This document shows, piece after piece, positions 12,330-22,028 of a stretch of 64,000 nt of DNA. Location of the stretch: assembly GCA_030156665.1 (NCBI GenBank), contig JASGMB010000003.1:2437-66436 (forward strand). The letters run 5' to 3'. Each line of letters begins with the position of its first letter. The stretch's first letter is position 1. This DNA is from Clostridiales bacterium. Its GTDB lineage: Bacteria > Bacillota > Clostridia > SK-Y3. A program made the position numbers and the translations under genes. The notes below the pieces were generated by a model. That model was not told the DNA's origin, did not search any database, and worked only from the letters and a program-made list of their open reading frames with translations.

Positions 12330-12971
12330 TCAATCAGGTAATTGTGATTTATATTCCTCATTGCTTATCTGGTCCATATGATCTACTATACCTTGTTTAT
12401 CAATCTCATTTGTATAATAATCTTCATAATCATGATAACCACCCATATCTTGTGGTGTACTTGCTGAACCGTACTTTATTACATCATTTAGTTGATCTAT
12501 ACCCTCATATTCATCATCTTCTTGACGATTTAAATATTTTCTTCCAAAAGGTGCATCCACCACCTTTTCTTCAATCGGACGATTGTATTTTAATAATTCC
12601 ATATCAATTTCTTTTTCTTTTTCACAATCAATACAAAAACGTGCATAAGGTATAACTTCTAACCGTTCTTCATCAATCTCTTTACCACAAAATGCACATT
12701 TTCCATAACTTCCATCTTCAATTCTTTGGAGAGCATCATTTATTTCCTGAATATTATACTCTTCATTAACTTGTAGAGCCATATTTTGCTCTAATTCAAA
12801 CACTTGAGTTCCCAATTCACCGGGATGATTATCATAATTGGAAAGTTCATCAGCGGAATATTTGTCATTTTCTCCCATATCAAATTTTTTCATATCATGT
12901 ATTACATGAGCATGTTGTTCTTTTTGCTTAAGTAATAAGTTTTTATAATGATTTATTTTATCATTATCCAT
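12330..12971 (-). CDS. TraR/DksA-family C4 zinc-finger protein (YteA-like)
   Basis: CAFCGKEIDEERLEVIPYARFCIDC is the DksA/TraR C4 zinc finger. The N-terminal coiled coil and acidic C-terminal extension resemble sporeformer YteA proteins. Confidence 0.8.
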   Translation of the reverse strand: MDNDKINHYKNLLLKQKEQHAHVIHDMKKFDMGENDKYSADELSNYDNHPGELGTQVFELEQNMALQVNEEYNIQEINDALQRIEDGSYGKCAFCGKEIDEERLEVIPYARFCIDCEKEKEIDMELLKYNRPIEEKVVDAPFGRKYLNRQEDDEYEGIDQLNDVIKYGSASTPQDMGGYHDYEDYYTNEIDKQGIVDHMDQISNEEYKSQLPD

Positions 12972-13274
12972 TGTAATACCTCCAACAGCATACTTATTTT
13001 CTTATAAAAATAATTTTCCCTAAAAAGAATACAGTTATTATGAATAACAAATCATTTTATAAGTAATTTTTTGGCATACTATCTTTGAGCCGTATTCATT
13101 ATTTTAGCCAAATTCACAATTTTGATTTAATTAAAAGGTATAATTTTGCTTTTAATTATTGAAAAATAATGTTAATACTATATAATTGAAATAGTAAAAT
13201 AATTTAATACTTTATCTAAATTAATAAAGTAATATATTAAATATGACGTATAAAAATATGAAGGAGGATTGTAT

Positions 13275-14978
13275 ATGGAAAAAAAAGCAGATATCGGTGT
13301 ATTTGGTGGTTCCGGATTCTATTCCTTCTTAGATAATGTAGAAGAAATAGAAATTGAAACTCCATATGGTAACCCCAGTGATAAAATAGCACTTGCCACA
13401 ATCGGAAATAAAAAGGTAGCTTTTTTACCCAGGCATGGGAAAAACCATCAATATCCACCCCATCTCGTTCCGTATAGAGCAAATATTTATGCCATGAAAA
13501 TGCTTGGAGTTAGCAAAATTATAGCACCAAATGCTTGTGGAAGTCTTCAACCGCATATTAAACCAGGAGAGTTTGTTATCTGTGATCAATTTGTCGATAG
13601 AACAAGTGGCAGAATTGACACTTTTTTTGAAGGTCCCGAGGTAAAGCATGTGAGTCCTGCTGACCCATATGATGCGGCGTTAAGAAATTTAGCAATTGAA
13701 ACAGCAAAAGAACTTAATATCCCTGTCCATGAGACTGGCACAGTTGTGGTTATTCAAGGACCAAGATTTTCAACACGAGCCGAAAGCCGTTGGTTTAATA
13801 AAATGGGTTGGGAAGTTATCAATATGACACAATATCCGGAATGTTATTTGGCACTGGAAATGGAAATACCTTACGTAAATATTTCGCTTATTACTGATTA
13901 TGATGCAGGACTAGAAGGTCGTGACGATATAAAACCCGTTACGCACGAAGCTGTTTTAAAAGTATTTAATGAAAAATTAATAGATCAAACAAAATTACCA
14001 ACGCAATTTGTTATTAATGAATATGCTGATTACATAGGGGTGGCAGAAGCCATTAAAAACATGGTTGTTAGAGGTGCTCCTGCCATAGGCGTAACAGCGG
14101 CATACGGTATTGTATTAGGAGTAAAAGAAATTGTACATCTTGAAAAAAAAGATTTTTTACAAAAAATTTCTGAAATATGTAAAGTACTGCGCAGCACAAG
14201 ACCAACTGCAGTAAATCTTTTTTGGGCTATCGATAGAATGTATAAAATCGTTGAAAATAATAAAGATAGAGAAAACAATGAAATATTCCTTCTTTTACAA
14301 AAAGAGGCCGATATTATTTTCAATGAAGATGTTCAAATTAATAGATCCATTGGACAATTTGGCAATGAATTAATCAATCAGGGTGATACAATTCTCACTC
14401 ATTGTAACACAGGAGCGTTAGCTACTGCGGATTTCGGTACGGCATTAGGAGTCATTAGAACCGCTCATGAATCCAATAAGAACATTTCAGTTTTTGCTGA
14501 TGAAACAAGGCCGTTTTTACAAGGTGCTAGGTTGACAGCCTTTGAATTATATCATGAAGGTATTCCAGTCACTTTGATTACAGATAATATGGCAGGACAT
14601 TTTATGAAACAGGGAAAGATTGATTGCGTGATTGTAGGTGCTGATAGAATAGCAAATAACGGAGACGTCGCAAATAAAATTGGTACATACAGTGTTGCAG
14701 TATTGGCAAAAGAAAATAATATACCTTTTTATGTTGCTGCACCAATTTCAACAATTGATTTTTCTTTAGACGACGGAGAAAAAATCCCTATAGAAGAGAG
14801 AAATCCGAAAGAAGTAACCCATATTGGAGGAATTCAAATAGCGCCTGACGGAGTCAATGTGGCTAATCCAGCTTTTGATGTGACGCCTAATCAATATGTA
14901 ACAGCAATTATTACAGAAAAGGGCATTATCTATCCACCATATAAAGAAAATATTGCTAAATTAAAGAATAATCCATAA
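13275..14978 (+). CDS. mtnP-mtnA: Fusion protein: S-methyl-5'-thioadenosine phosphorylase (N-terminal) plus methylthioribose-1-phosphate isomerase (C-terminal)
   Basis: Roughly the first 235 aa align with MTAP ([31 protein letters not shown]). From about residue 237 the sequence aligns with MtnA/eIF-2B-like isomerase ([68 protein letters not shown]). AAGGAGG lies 7 nt before the ATG at 13275. Confidence 0.85.
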   Translation: MEKKADIGVFGGSGFYSFLDNVEEIEIETPYGNPSDKIALATIGNKKVAFLPRHGKNHQYPPHLVPYRANIYAMKMLGVSKIIAPNACGSLQPHIKPGEFVICDQFVDRTSGRIDTFFEGPEVKHVSPADPYDAALRNLAIETAKELNIPVHETGTVVVIQGPRFSTRAESRWFNKMGWEVINMTQYPECYLALEMEIPYVNISLITDYDAGLEGRDDIKPVTHEAVLKVFNEKLIDQTKLPTQFVINEYADYIGVAEAIKNMVVRGAPAIGVTAAYGIVLGVKEIVHLEKKDFLQKISEICKVLRSTRPTAVNLFWAIDRMYKIVENNKDRENNEIFLLLQKEADIIFNEDVQINRSIGQFGNELINQGDTILTHCNTGALATADFGTALGVIRTAHESNKNISVFADETRPFLQGARLTAFELYHEGIPVTLITDNMAGHFMKQGKIDCVIVGADRIANNGDVANKIGTYSVAVLAKENNIPFYVAAPISTIDFSLDDGEKIPIEERNPKEVTHIGGIQIAPDGVNVANPAFDVTPNQYVTAIITEKGIIYPPYKENIAKLKNNP

Positions 14979-14983
14979 GCAAA

Positions 14984-15026
14984 AAACACAAAAGGTTGTA
15001 TACTCTATACACCTTTTGTGTTTTTA
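14984..15026. terminator. Bidirectional intrinsic terminator between convergent mtnP-mtnA and aroB
   Basis: AACACAAAAGGT / ACCTTTTGTGTT 12-bp stem flanked by an A-run and a T-run. Confidence 0.7.
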
Positions 15027-15161
15027 TACTTTAACCTGTTGTGCTATTAAAATATTATTCTAATCGCTAAAAGTTTCAAACTTAAGAAATTCTGAGGCTT
15101 TTTCACTATGTTCCTCTCATAATATTTTTGAACTAGTACAACGCATTACTTTAGCAATATT

Positions 15162-16250
15162 TTATTCCGGAGATGTTATATATTCCAATGCATCCATAAT
15201 ATCACCTTTTGTAATATCAGTAGTTTGAAGCACTTCACCAATTTTTATCGGTAATATAAATTTCAACTTACAATCTACTTGTTTTTTATCTTTTAACATC
15301 TCTTTATAAACTTGCTCTATTTGTATGTTTTTTATCCGAATGGGTAAACCAGTACGTTTTAATAGTTTTACAATACGATCCCAATCATTTAAATCTAATA
15401 TATTGGCTTTATGCGCTAAAAATGCTGCCGCAACCATCCCTAGTGAAATACATTCGCCATGTAGCAGTGAAAAATTTGATACACTCTCAATAGCATGACC
15501 AACCGTATGTCCAAAATTTAGTATAGCTCGTAATCCTTGCTCGGTTTCATCCTTCTGAACTACTTTTGACTTTATAATACAATTTTTCTCTACTACATAT
15601 TTTAAAACATTTGCATCTAATCCAAGTATTGCATCTACATTTTTTTCTATATATTTAAAAAAGTCATAATCATAGATAATACCATGTTTTATCACTTCAG
15701 CTAAACCGGATATAAATTCTCGTTTTGGCAGTGATTTTAAGGAGTTAATATTCATATATACCAACATAGGTTGATAAAAAGCTCCAACAATATTCTTACT
15801 ACCTTTATAGTCCACTCCAACTTTTCCACCTACACTACTATCTACCTGAGCTAATAAACTAGTAGGTACTTGGATAAATTTAATTCCTCGCATAAATGAT
15901 GCTGCTGCAAAACCTGCGATATCACCTGTTACACCGCCACCTAAAGCAATGATTGCAGAATTTCTATCTAATCTATACTTTAGGCATTCATTATAAATTA
16001 ACGAAACAGTATTTAGTGTTTTACTTTGTTCTCCGGCCTCGAAAATAAATTTATCTACTTCAAAACCATTATTAGATAGTAACTGTTGAACCTGATTGCC
16101 ATAATACTGGTCTACATTTGTATCCGTAACAATTAATACTTTTGAAGAAAAATTTTTTTCTTTTATTACTTCTGGAAGCTGCAAAAAATTCTTTTCAAAA
16201 AATATTGGATAGCTGCGTTCTTTAAGATCTACAATTAAATGATTCACCAT
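15162..16250 (-). CDS. aroB: 3-dehydroquinate synthase
   Basis: GGGVTGDIAGFAA nucleotide-binding motif, metal ligands in HGIIYD and NFGHT.GHA, 362 aa. Confidence 0.93.
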   Translation of the reverse strand: MVNHLIVDLKERSYPIFFEKNFLQLPEVIKEKNFSSKVLIVTDTNVDQYYGNQVQQLLSNNGFEVDKFIFEAGEQSKTLNTVSLIYNECLKYRLDRNSAIIALGGGVTGDIAGFAAASFMRGIKFIQVPTSLLAQVDSSVGGKVGVDYKGSKNIVGAFYQPMLVYMNINSLKSLPKREFISGLAEVIKHGIIYDYDFFKYIEKNVDAILGLDANVLKYVVEKNCIIKSKVVQKDETEQGLRAILNFGHTVGHAIESVSNFSLLHGECISLGMVAAAFLAHKANILDLNDWDRIVKLLKRTGLPIRIKNIQIEQVYKEMLKDKKQVDCKLKFILPIKIGEVLQTTDITKGDIMDALEYITSPE

Positions 16251-16288
16251 ATCACCGTCCTACGATATTATTTGGCTGCCTATTGCAC

Positions 16289-16747
16289 CTATTCATCTTT
16301 TGTTTCAGCTTCAAAGGATTTCATCATATCTAATTGTGCGTGAATTAAGGATTCTATTTTAGCTTTAAAAACACTGATGTTTCTTTTTAGTTCTTCATAC
16401 CTGTAATTGATTTTTGATACTTCCTGATTTGCATTTGCAATAATTTGACTGGCCTTGGTTTCAGCTTCCTTTAATATATTTTCTGCTTTTTCATAGGCAT
16501 TTTTTTTAATTTCCTCACCGGTACTCTGTGCAACAACGAGAGTATTTTGTAAGGTTTCTTCTATGGATTTGTAATGCTGAATCCCCTCATTTAATACTGC
16601 AATTTTATCTTTTAATTCAATATTTTCTTTATATAACTTTTCATAATCTTCAACAACTTTTGTAAGAAATTCTTCTACTTCCAGTTCACTATACCCAAAA
16701 GGCTTTTTTTTGAATCTTTTGTTTTCAATGTCTAACGGTGTTAACAC
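16289..16747 (-). CDS. divIVA: Cell-division/septum-site protein DivIVA
   Basis: MLTPLDIENKRFKKKPFGYS..EVEEFL N-terminal lipid-binding domain plus coiled coil. GTG start with AGGGGG RBS. Confidence 0.9.
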   Translation of the reverse strand: MLTPLDIENKRFKKKPFGYSELEVEEFLTKVVEDYEKLYKENIELKDKIAVLNEGIQHYKSIEETLQNTLVVAQSTGEEIKKNAYEKAENILKEAETKASQIIANANQEVSKINYRYEELKRNISVFKAKIESLIHAQLDMMKSFEAETKDE

Positions 16748-16760
16748 GAATACCAGCCCC

Positions 16761-17549
16761 CTAAATAAATCTCTTAACAGTGATACTTATTCTCCCTTTT
16801 CGTGTAGTGCCTCTTATACATTCTAAAACCATTCTGCCATGACCCCTTACAGAAATGATATCACCTTCCTTTAGAATTTGTGAAGGTGATTTACACGGTT
16901 CCCAATTTATACTTACCTTTTCCGAATGAATATAGGGTAACACCTTACTTCTAGATTCACCCAGTGCTGCACTAAGTACAGCATCTATCCTTAGTGAAGC
17001 AACAGTAGCGTGTAATGCTTTATATTTTCTTTGTGGAATTATTAGTTCACTAACATTTTTTTCAACAATTGAAACACAAGTATTAGCAACTTTATTAAGA
17101 TGAATCTTAATAAAGTTGCTAATGTCTGACATAACGAATATATAACATGCGTTTTCATTTATTAAAATATCGCCAATTTTTTCTCTTTTTATACCTAGTC
17201 CTAATATAGAACCTAAAAAATCTCTATGTGTCAGTTTAGCTGCATGATTACTAATGACTTCAAGTATGACGATTGGGTAATCTATATCAGTATGCTCTAT
17301 ATACTTAGGAAAAAAAGATAAAATTTTTCTTTCAGACTCCTGGTATCCTCCCCATGAATCTGTATGAATATCAGCAGCTATATATTTCAGTTTTTGAGTC
17401 AACAACTTATGTTGATACGGGTCTAAAAAATTTGTAAATTTTACTTCATGATATTTTAAGGATAAAGCTGCCTGATCTAATACTTTTGATATAAGCAACC
17501 TGTCCTCAGCATTTTTTATACTATCTAATATTTCCTGCTTCTTAAACAT
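16761..17549 (-). CDS. ylmH: YlmH-like RNA-binding protein (S4 domain)
   Basis: C-terminal S4-like domain (LRIDAVLSAALGESRSKV) and position between yggT and divIVA. Confidence 0.8.
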   Translation of the reverse strand: MFKKQEILDSIKNAEDRLLISKVLDQAALSLKYHEVKFTNFLDPYQHKLLTQKLKYIAADIHTDSWGGYQESERKILSFFPKYIEHTDIDYPIVILEVISNHAAKLTHRDFLGSILGLGIKREKIGDILINENACYIFVMSDISNFIKIHLNKVANTCVSIVEKNVSELIIPQRKYKALHATVASLRIDAVLSAALGESRSKVLPYIHSEKVSINWEPCKSPSQILKEGDIISVRGHGRMVLECIRGTTRKGRISITVKRFI

Positions 17550-17558
17550 TTTTATCTC

Positions 17559-17831
17559 CTAGAACCTTATGAAAGTATGCACCAAAGGCTTCACTAAATA
17601 CTCAATAAGAAGCCAAGCAATAATAGGGGAAAAATCGAACATCATGCCACCACCTATTGAAGACCTGTTTACAATACTTCTAATAGGTGCAAGGATTGGC
17701 TCAGTTATACTATATATAAATTGTATAATGGGATTATATCTGTCTATTGGTAACCATGAAATGATTACACGAGCAAGTATTAAATAAAAAATAATATCTA
17801 AAAGAGTTATTAAAGAATTATGTATTAACAT
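17559..17831 (-). CDS. YggT/YlmG family membrane protein
   Basis: 90 aa, two TM segments, ARVIISWLP motif, ylm cluster position. Confidence 0.85.
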   Translation of the reverse strand: MLIHNSLITLLDIIFYLILARVIISWLPIDRYNPIIQFIYSITEPILAPIRSIVNRSSIGGGMMFDFSPIIAWLLIEYLVKPLVHTFIRF

Positions 17832-17846
17832 TTATACCTCCATTTA

Positions 17847-18281
17847 TTATAAATTCCAAGGAAATAATCCTTTGTTTCGTAATTCGTCTTTAAAATCACC
17901 CATAATATCTACATTATATGGTGCAACTAAAAATATTCCATTCGATATCTTTTGAATGTTTCCATCTAAAGCGTAAACGGAACCGCTTAAAAAATCTACA
18001 ATTCTTCTTGCAACATCTTTTTCAACATCTTCAAGATTAATTACAACCGGTTTTTTATTTTTAAGGTGGTCAGCAATATCTTTTGCCTCATCAAAACTTT
18101 CCGGTTGCATCACAACAACTTTTAATTGTGTAGTTGTATGAATATTTACAATCTTGCTTTTTTTACTAGATTGATGTGTGAATTCAGGTTCTACAATTTC
18201 ATTATTATCTACTACTTCTTCATATTCATCTTGACTTTCAAGGCCTACAAAATGTAACATTTTGTTCACAAAATTACTCAT
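17847..18281 (-). CDS. sepF: Cell division protein SepF
   Basis: Conserved C-terminal SepF domain (VVVMQPESFDEAKDIADHLKNKKPVVINL..IVDFLSG..YAL.G). ATG at 18281 follows GGGGGG. Confidence 0.9.
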   Translation of the reverse strand: MSNFVNKMLHFVGLESQDEYEEVVDNNEIVEPEFTHQSSKKSKIVNIHTTTQLKVVVMQPESFDEAKDIADHLKNKKPVVINLEDVEKDVARRIVDFLSGSVYALDGNIQKISNGIFLVAPYNVDIMGDFKDELRNKGLFPWNL

Positions 18282-18376
18282 AAGGTACCCCCCAATTATT
18301 TTTTCCATACAGGTTTTATAAGTTTATCTCTTTTCTCGATTTCACATTGATTGATATTTCTCTTTACAAGGTAGTA

Positions 18377-19078
18377 TTAATTGTATTGACGTTCTCCAAA
18401 GATTGCTGTACCTATCCTAACAATATTTGCACCTTCTTCAATGGCAACTTCAAAATCTCCAGTCATTCCCATAGATAAATACTCCATATCTACATTATCA
18501 TAATTTTTTCTCTTTATGTCAATGGATAAATCCTTTAATTGTCTAAAATACGGTCGCACATCTTCCGGATTTTTAGTATAAGGAGCAATGGTCATTAACC
18601 CCTTTATTTTAACATTTGAAAGTTTTGAAATCTGCTCTATTAAATTATTACATTGTTCTATACTAACACCAAATTTACTTTCTTCCTTGGCCACATTTAC
18701 TTGGACAAGAATTTCCATTATTTTATCTATCTTTTGTGCTCTCTTGTTGATTTCTATAGCAAGTTTTAATGTATCGACTGAATGTATAAGGTCAACCTTA
18801 TCGATGATATATTTTACTTTATTGGTTTGTAAATGACCTATAAGATGCCATTTTATATCTTGTTTATTGTTAATCAAATCATATTTATGGCAAATTTCTT
18901 GCACCTTATTTTCACCTATATTTTTTATCCCCAGATCAATGGCATCATTAATAATATCAGCATCTACAGTTTTTGTAACAGCAATGAGCATAATTTCCTC
19001 AGGGTCTCTATTTGCTCTTTTAGCCGCTTGGGTAATTCTAGCATTAACATGGTGAATATTATCTTTTAGGTTAATCAT
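18377..19078 (-). CDS. YggS/YlmE family pyridoxal-phosphate homeostasis protein
   Basis: AVTKT (PLP lysine), HLIGHLQTNK, SMGMTGD and RIGTAIFG motifs. Confidence 0.9.
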   Translation of the reverse strand: MINLKDNIHHVNARITQAAKRANRDPEEIMLIAVTKTVDADIINDAIDLGIKNIGENKVQEICHKYDLINNKQDIKWHLIGHLQTNKVKYIIDKVDLIHSVDTLKLAIEINKRAQKIDKIMEILVQVNVAKEESKFGVSIEQCNNLIEQISKLSNVKIKGLMTIAPYTKNPEDVRPYFRQLKDLSIDIKRKNYDNVDMEYLSMGMTGDFEVAIEEGANIVRIGTAIFGERQYN

Positions 19079-19088
19079 TTTATCATCC

Positions 19089-20303
19089 CTATCGAATTAA
19101 TTTTCCTTCCTCAATATTATTAGATTTAATAATCACTTCATCGTATAATAACAGGTTATTTTCATTTAAATTATTTTCTTTTACAATCGCAAAATCATTA
19201 TTTTTATAAAGTATTTCTATTTCCCGGAACCTGGCGATCCTATCTCTAATAATATACACCCCAGTTTTTCCATTACGTACTCTAACCGCAGATACAGGTA
19301 TCTTAAAACCTGAATAGGATTGTTTAATAATATCAATGTTTACTTTTCTAAAAGTATAAATTGAATCAATATGTTTATTTAAAGATAGTACCACAATTAC
19401 TTTTCCTTTTTCTTCTGGCGATATATAATGAATATAAGCATCAATCACTTTATCTTCCAGATCTTTAAATCTTACACTTAGTTTGTCTCCAACCTTTAAC
19501 GGATAAACTCTTTGTGTATCCATTACAAAAGCAAGATACCATTCAAAATTATTAATAATTTTCGCAACTGCTTGTCCTGGTTTTACTTCTACCTGATTAT
19601 TTAAATGAATATTATCAAGATTTTGAAAATCTGACACTGTAAACTTACTTATATTTTCTGGATTCAAAATTTGTTCCAGACCATCGATATTATATGAAAC
19701 TACTCCTGCTCTATCAGCAATTAAATCAATTTTACTCGCTCTTAATCTATTTTCATATTCTTCCTTTTCTTTTTTCAATGCTTCTAAATTATGTCCGCTT
19801 GCGCCTTTTTCTCCACTAATGATTAGTTTTTTCTCCAATATTTTATTAATATCTTCTTTTATCTGCGAAAGTTTAGCTGTCTTCTGAGTATATGCAATAT
19901 TTATAATTTCATCAATCTTACTATCAACTTGACGACTTAATTTTTGTAAGTCATTGAAAAAAATATCATTCTTCACTTGATTATTATTAATTTCTGCGAT
20001 TCTTTCATTTATACTTTTAATAGTTTCTTGAATTTTTAAATCAACATTTTTCTTATATACCGTTGCTATTTTACTGCCTTTAGCAACTCTTTCACCTTCT
20101 TTAGCAATACCATCAAAATTTCCTGCGACATTAGAATACAAAAGTTTTTCTTCCCTCATAATATAGCCTACAGTATTTTCACTATCTTCTAATTGACCAA
20201 ATTTTACAATCTCGGTTCTAATCGGTGTATTTAAATAAACATACAGGCACCATATATACAATAAAATGACACTGCCAATAATTACTTTTGTAAATCTACT
20301 CAT
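19089..20303 (-). CDS. HlyD-like membrane-fusion/barrel-sandwich protein, function unknown
   Basis: N-terminal TM anchor, lipoyl-like segment (EGERVAKGSKIATV), long coiled coil and C-terminal beta-rich region. Family assignment is by architecture only. Confidence 0.5.
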   Translation of the reverse strand: MSRFTKVIIGSVILLYIWCLYVYLNTPIRTEIVKFGQLEDSENTVGYIMREEKLLYSNVAGNFDGIAKEGERVAKGSKIATVYKKNVDLKIQETIKSINERIAEINNNQVKNDIFFNDLQKLSRQVDSKIDEIINIAYTQKTAKLSQIKEDINKILEKKLIISGEKGASGHNLEALKKEKEEYENRLRASKIDLIADRAGVVSYNIDGLEQILNPENISKFTVSDFQNLDNIHLNNQVEVKPGQAVAKIINNFEWYLAFVMDTQRVYPLKVGDKLSVRFKDLEDKVIDAYIHYISPEEKGKVIVVLSLNKHIDSIYTFRKVNIDIIKQSYSGFKIPVSAVRVRNGKTGVYIIRDRIARFREIEILYKNNDFAIVKENNLNENNLLLYDEVIIKSNNIEEGKLIR

Positions 20304-20532
20304 GAATATTCCTCCGCGTGCCTACATTGGTAAGTTAATTTCTAGTGCTTATATTTACTTGATTTTGTGAACCTTAACTTTTTCAATTATTAAAGTAAAT
20401 TTTGCTATTGGCACGAGAAATTTACAATTTATATTTCTACATAAAGGTTAAAAATCCTTCTTTATGTTTAAATTTGTTAAATAAATTTAAAAAAAGCAAC
20501 CAGTGAATATATTGATTAATATTCATAATGGG

Positions 20533-20570
20533 AAAAAGGCCTTTGAAATTGATGTACCAAAGACCTTTTA
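20533..20570 (-). terminator. Intrinsic terminator downstream of hfq
   Basis: Minus strand AAAAGGTCTTTGG..loop..CAAAGGCCTTTT followed by TCCC. Stem with A/T flanks. Confidence 0.55.
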
Positions 20571-20596
20571 TAACTATTCTTAGTCACTCAGCTAAT

Positions 20597-20842
20597 TTAT
20601 TCATCTTTTTCATTTCCGTTTAATGTTAAATTAATTGGCTTTGCTGGAATGATTGTTGAAATAGCGTGTTTATAAACCAATTGTTGTTTTCCGTCACTAT
20701 CCAGCATAACAGTAAAGTTATCAAATCCTTTTACCATACCTTTTAGTTGAAAACCATTTGTTAAATAAATAATAACAGGAATGTGCTCCTTTCTTACTTG
20801 ATTTAAAAATACATCTTGTAAATTAATAATTGTCTTATTCAT
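20597..20842 (-). CDS. hfq: RNA chaperone Hfq
   Basis: [52 protein letters not shown] covers the Sm1/Sm2 motifs. Confidence 0.95.
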   Translation of the reverse strand: MNKTIINLQDVFLNQVRKEHIPVIIYLTNGFQLKGMVKGFDNFTVMLDSDGKQQLVYKHAISTIIPAKPINLTLNGNEKDE

Positions 20843-20990
20843 TAAAATCCTCCCCTATATATGTATGTGATATATTACCCGAAAATGTTATTTTATTATA
20901 TTACTATAAGATGGTGTGTTTTCATTTTCGGAATTTTAATAAATGGAAACCTATATATTTTATTAGTTCCATTGCTTTACAATCATTATA

Positions 20991-21935
20991 CTATATAATG
21001 CCAATTTCTTCTATATATTTTAAACATTTTTCCAATAGATCATTTAGATTATCTTTCTGAGTGATATATATCCAATGTATTCGTTGGTCTCTTCGAAACC
21101 AGGTAAGCTGTCTTTTAGCGTAACGACGAGTATTTCGTTTTAATAATTCAACTGCCTGTTCCAAAGTAATTTTATTTTCAATATAATCAATCATTTCTTT
21201 ATATCCTAGTCCTTTCATAGAAGTCATTTCTTTGCTATAACCCATCTTCAATAACTTCTGTACTTCTTGAATAAGTCCTTGCTCAATCATTTTATCCACT
21301 CTAAGGTTAATTCGTTTGTAAAGCCATTCCCTATCCATTGTAAGTCCTATTATTGCTGTTTTATAGGGTGAAGGTTCTTTACGTGATTCTACTTGATGCT
21401 TAGAGATGGGGATTCCTGTATATTTATAAACTTCAAGGGCACGAATAATACGTCTAATATCATTTACATGAAGTCTATGTGCGGTAATGGGATCTACTTG
21501 TTGTAACATCTGATGAACATACTCATTCCCTTTCACTTTTGCAAGATGATTTAGTTCACTTCTATAATGCCAATCACATATTGTTTCAGAAAATTTTATA
21601 TTATCAATAACTGAATTTACATATAATCCTGTACCCCCAACCATTATCGGATATTTACCTTTTGAAAGAATTTCATCTATATATCGATCGGCTAGTTCTT
21701 TATATTTTGCAACACTAAATTCTTCATCAGGATTAATTTCATCAATCAAATAGTGTTTCACACCTTTTTGTTCTTCTATTGTAGATTTCGCAGTGCCTAT
21801 ATCCATATATCTGTATATTTGCATTGAATCTGCTGAAACAATCTCACCATTAATTTTTAAAGCTAGTTCGATAGATAATGCTGTTTTTCCAACAGCTGTC
21901 GGTCCTACTATTACAATCAAAGGTTTATAACTCAT
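20991..21935 (-). CDS. miaA: tRNA dimethylallyltransferase
   Basis: P-loop GPTAVGKT, SADSMQIY and GGTGLY. ATG at 21935 follows GAAGGTGGG. Confidence 0.95.
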   Translation of the reverse strand: MSYKPLIVIVGPTAVGKTALSIELALKINGEIVSADSMQIYRYMDIGTAKSTIEEQKGVKHYLIDEINPDEEFSVAKYKELADRYIDEILSKGKYPIMVGGTGLYVNSVIDNIKFSETICDWHYRSELNHLAKVKGNEYVHQMLQQVDPITAHRLHVNDIRRIIRALEVYKYTGIPISKHQVESRKEPSPYKTAIIGLTMDREWLYKRINLRVDKMIEQGLIQEVQKLLKMGYSKEMTSMKGLGYKEMIDYIENKITLEQAVELLKRNTRRYAKRQLTWFRRDQRIHWIYITQKDNLNDLLEKCLKYIEEIGII

Positions 21936-22028
21936 TTTCCCACCTTCACATTTATTTATAAGGAACAATTAACAATTAAAACATTGATTCAAATCTGCTC
22001 TTTGTTAAGTTCATCAATTACACATCCA

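Noticed and set aside
12281-12655. His/Leu-rich 124-aa plus-strand ORF.
   Set aside because: It is antisense to the acidic C-terminal half of the DksA/YteA-like gene. The His/Leu richness mirrors the Asp/Glu/Met codons on the other strand.
12972-13274. I looked for a SAM riboswitch upstream of mtnP-mtnA, and for a ZTP/THF riboswitch or T-box upstream of glyA (54873-55244).
   Set aside because: Neither spacer contains the conserved cores of these classes (for example CCGCCTGGGC for ZTP, or the GGTGGTACCGCG T-box sequence). Both spacers are almost pure A/T.
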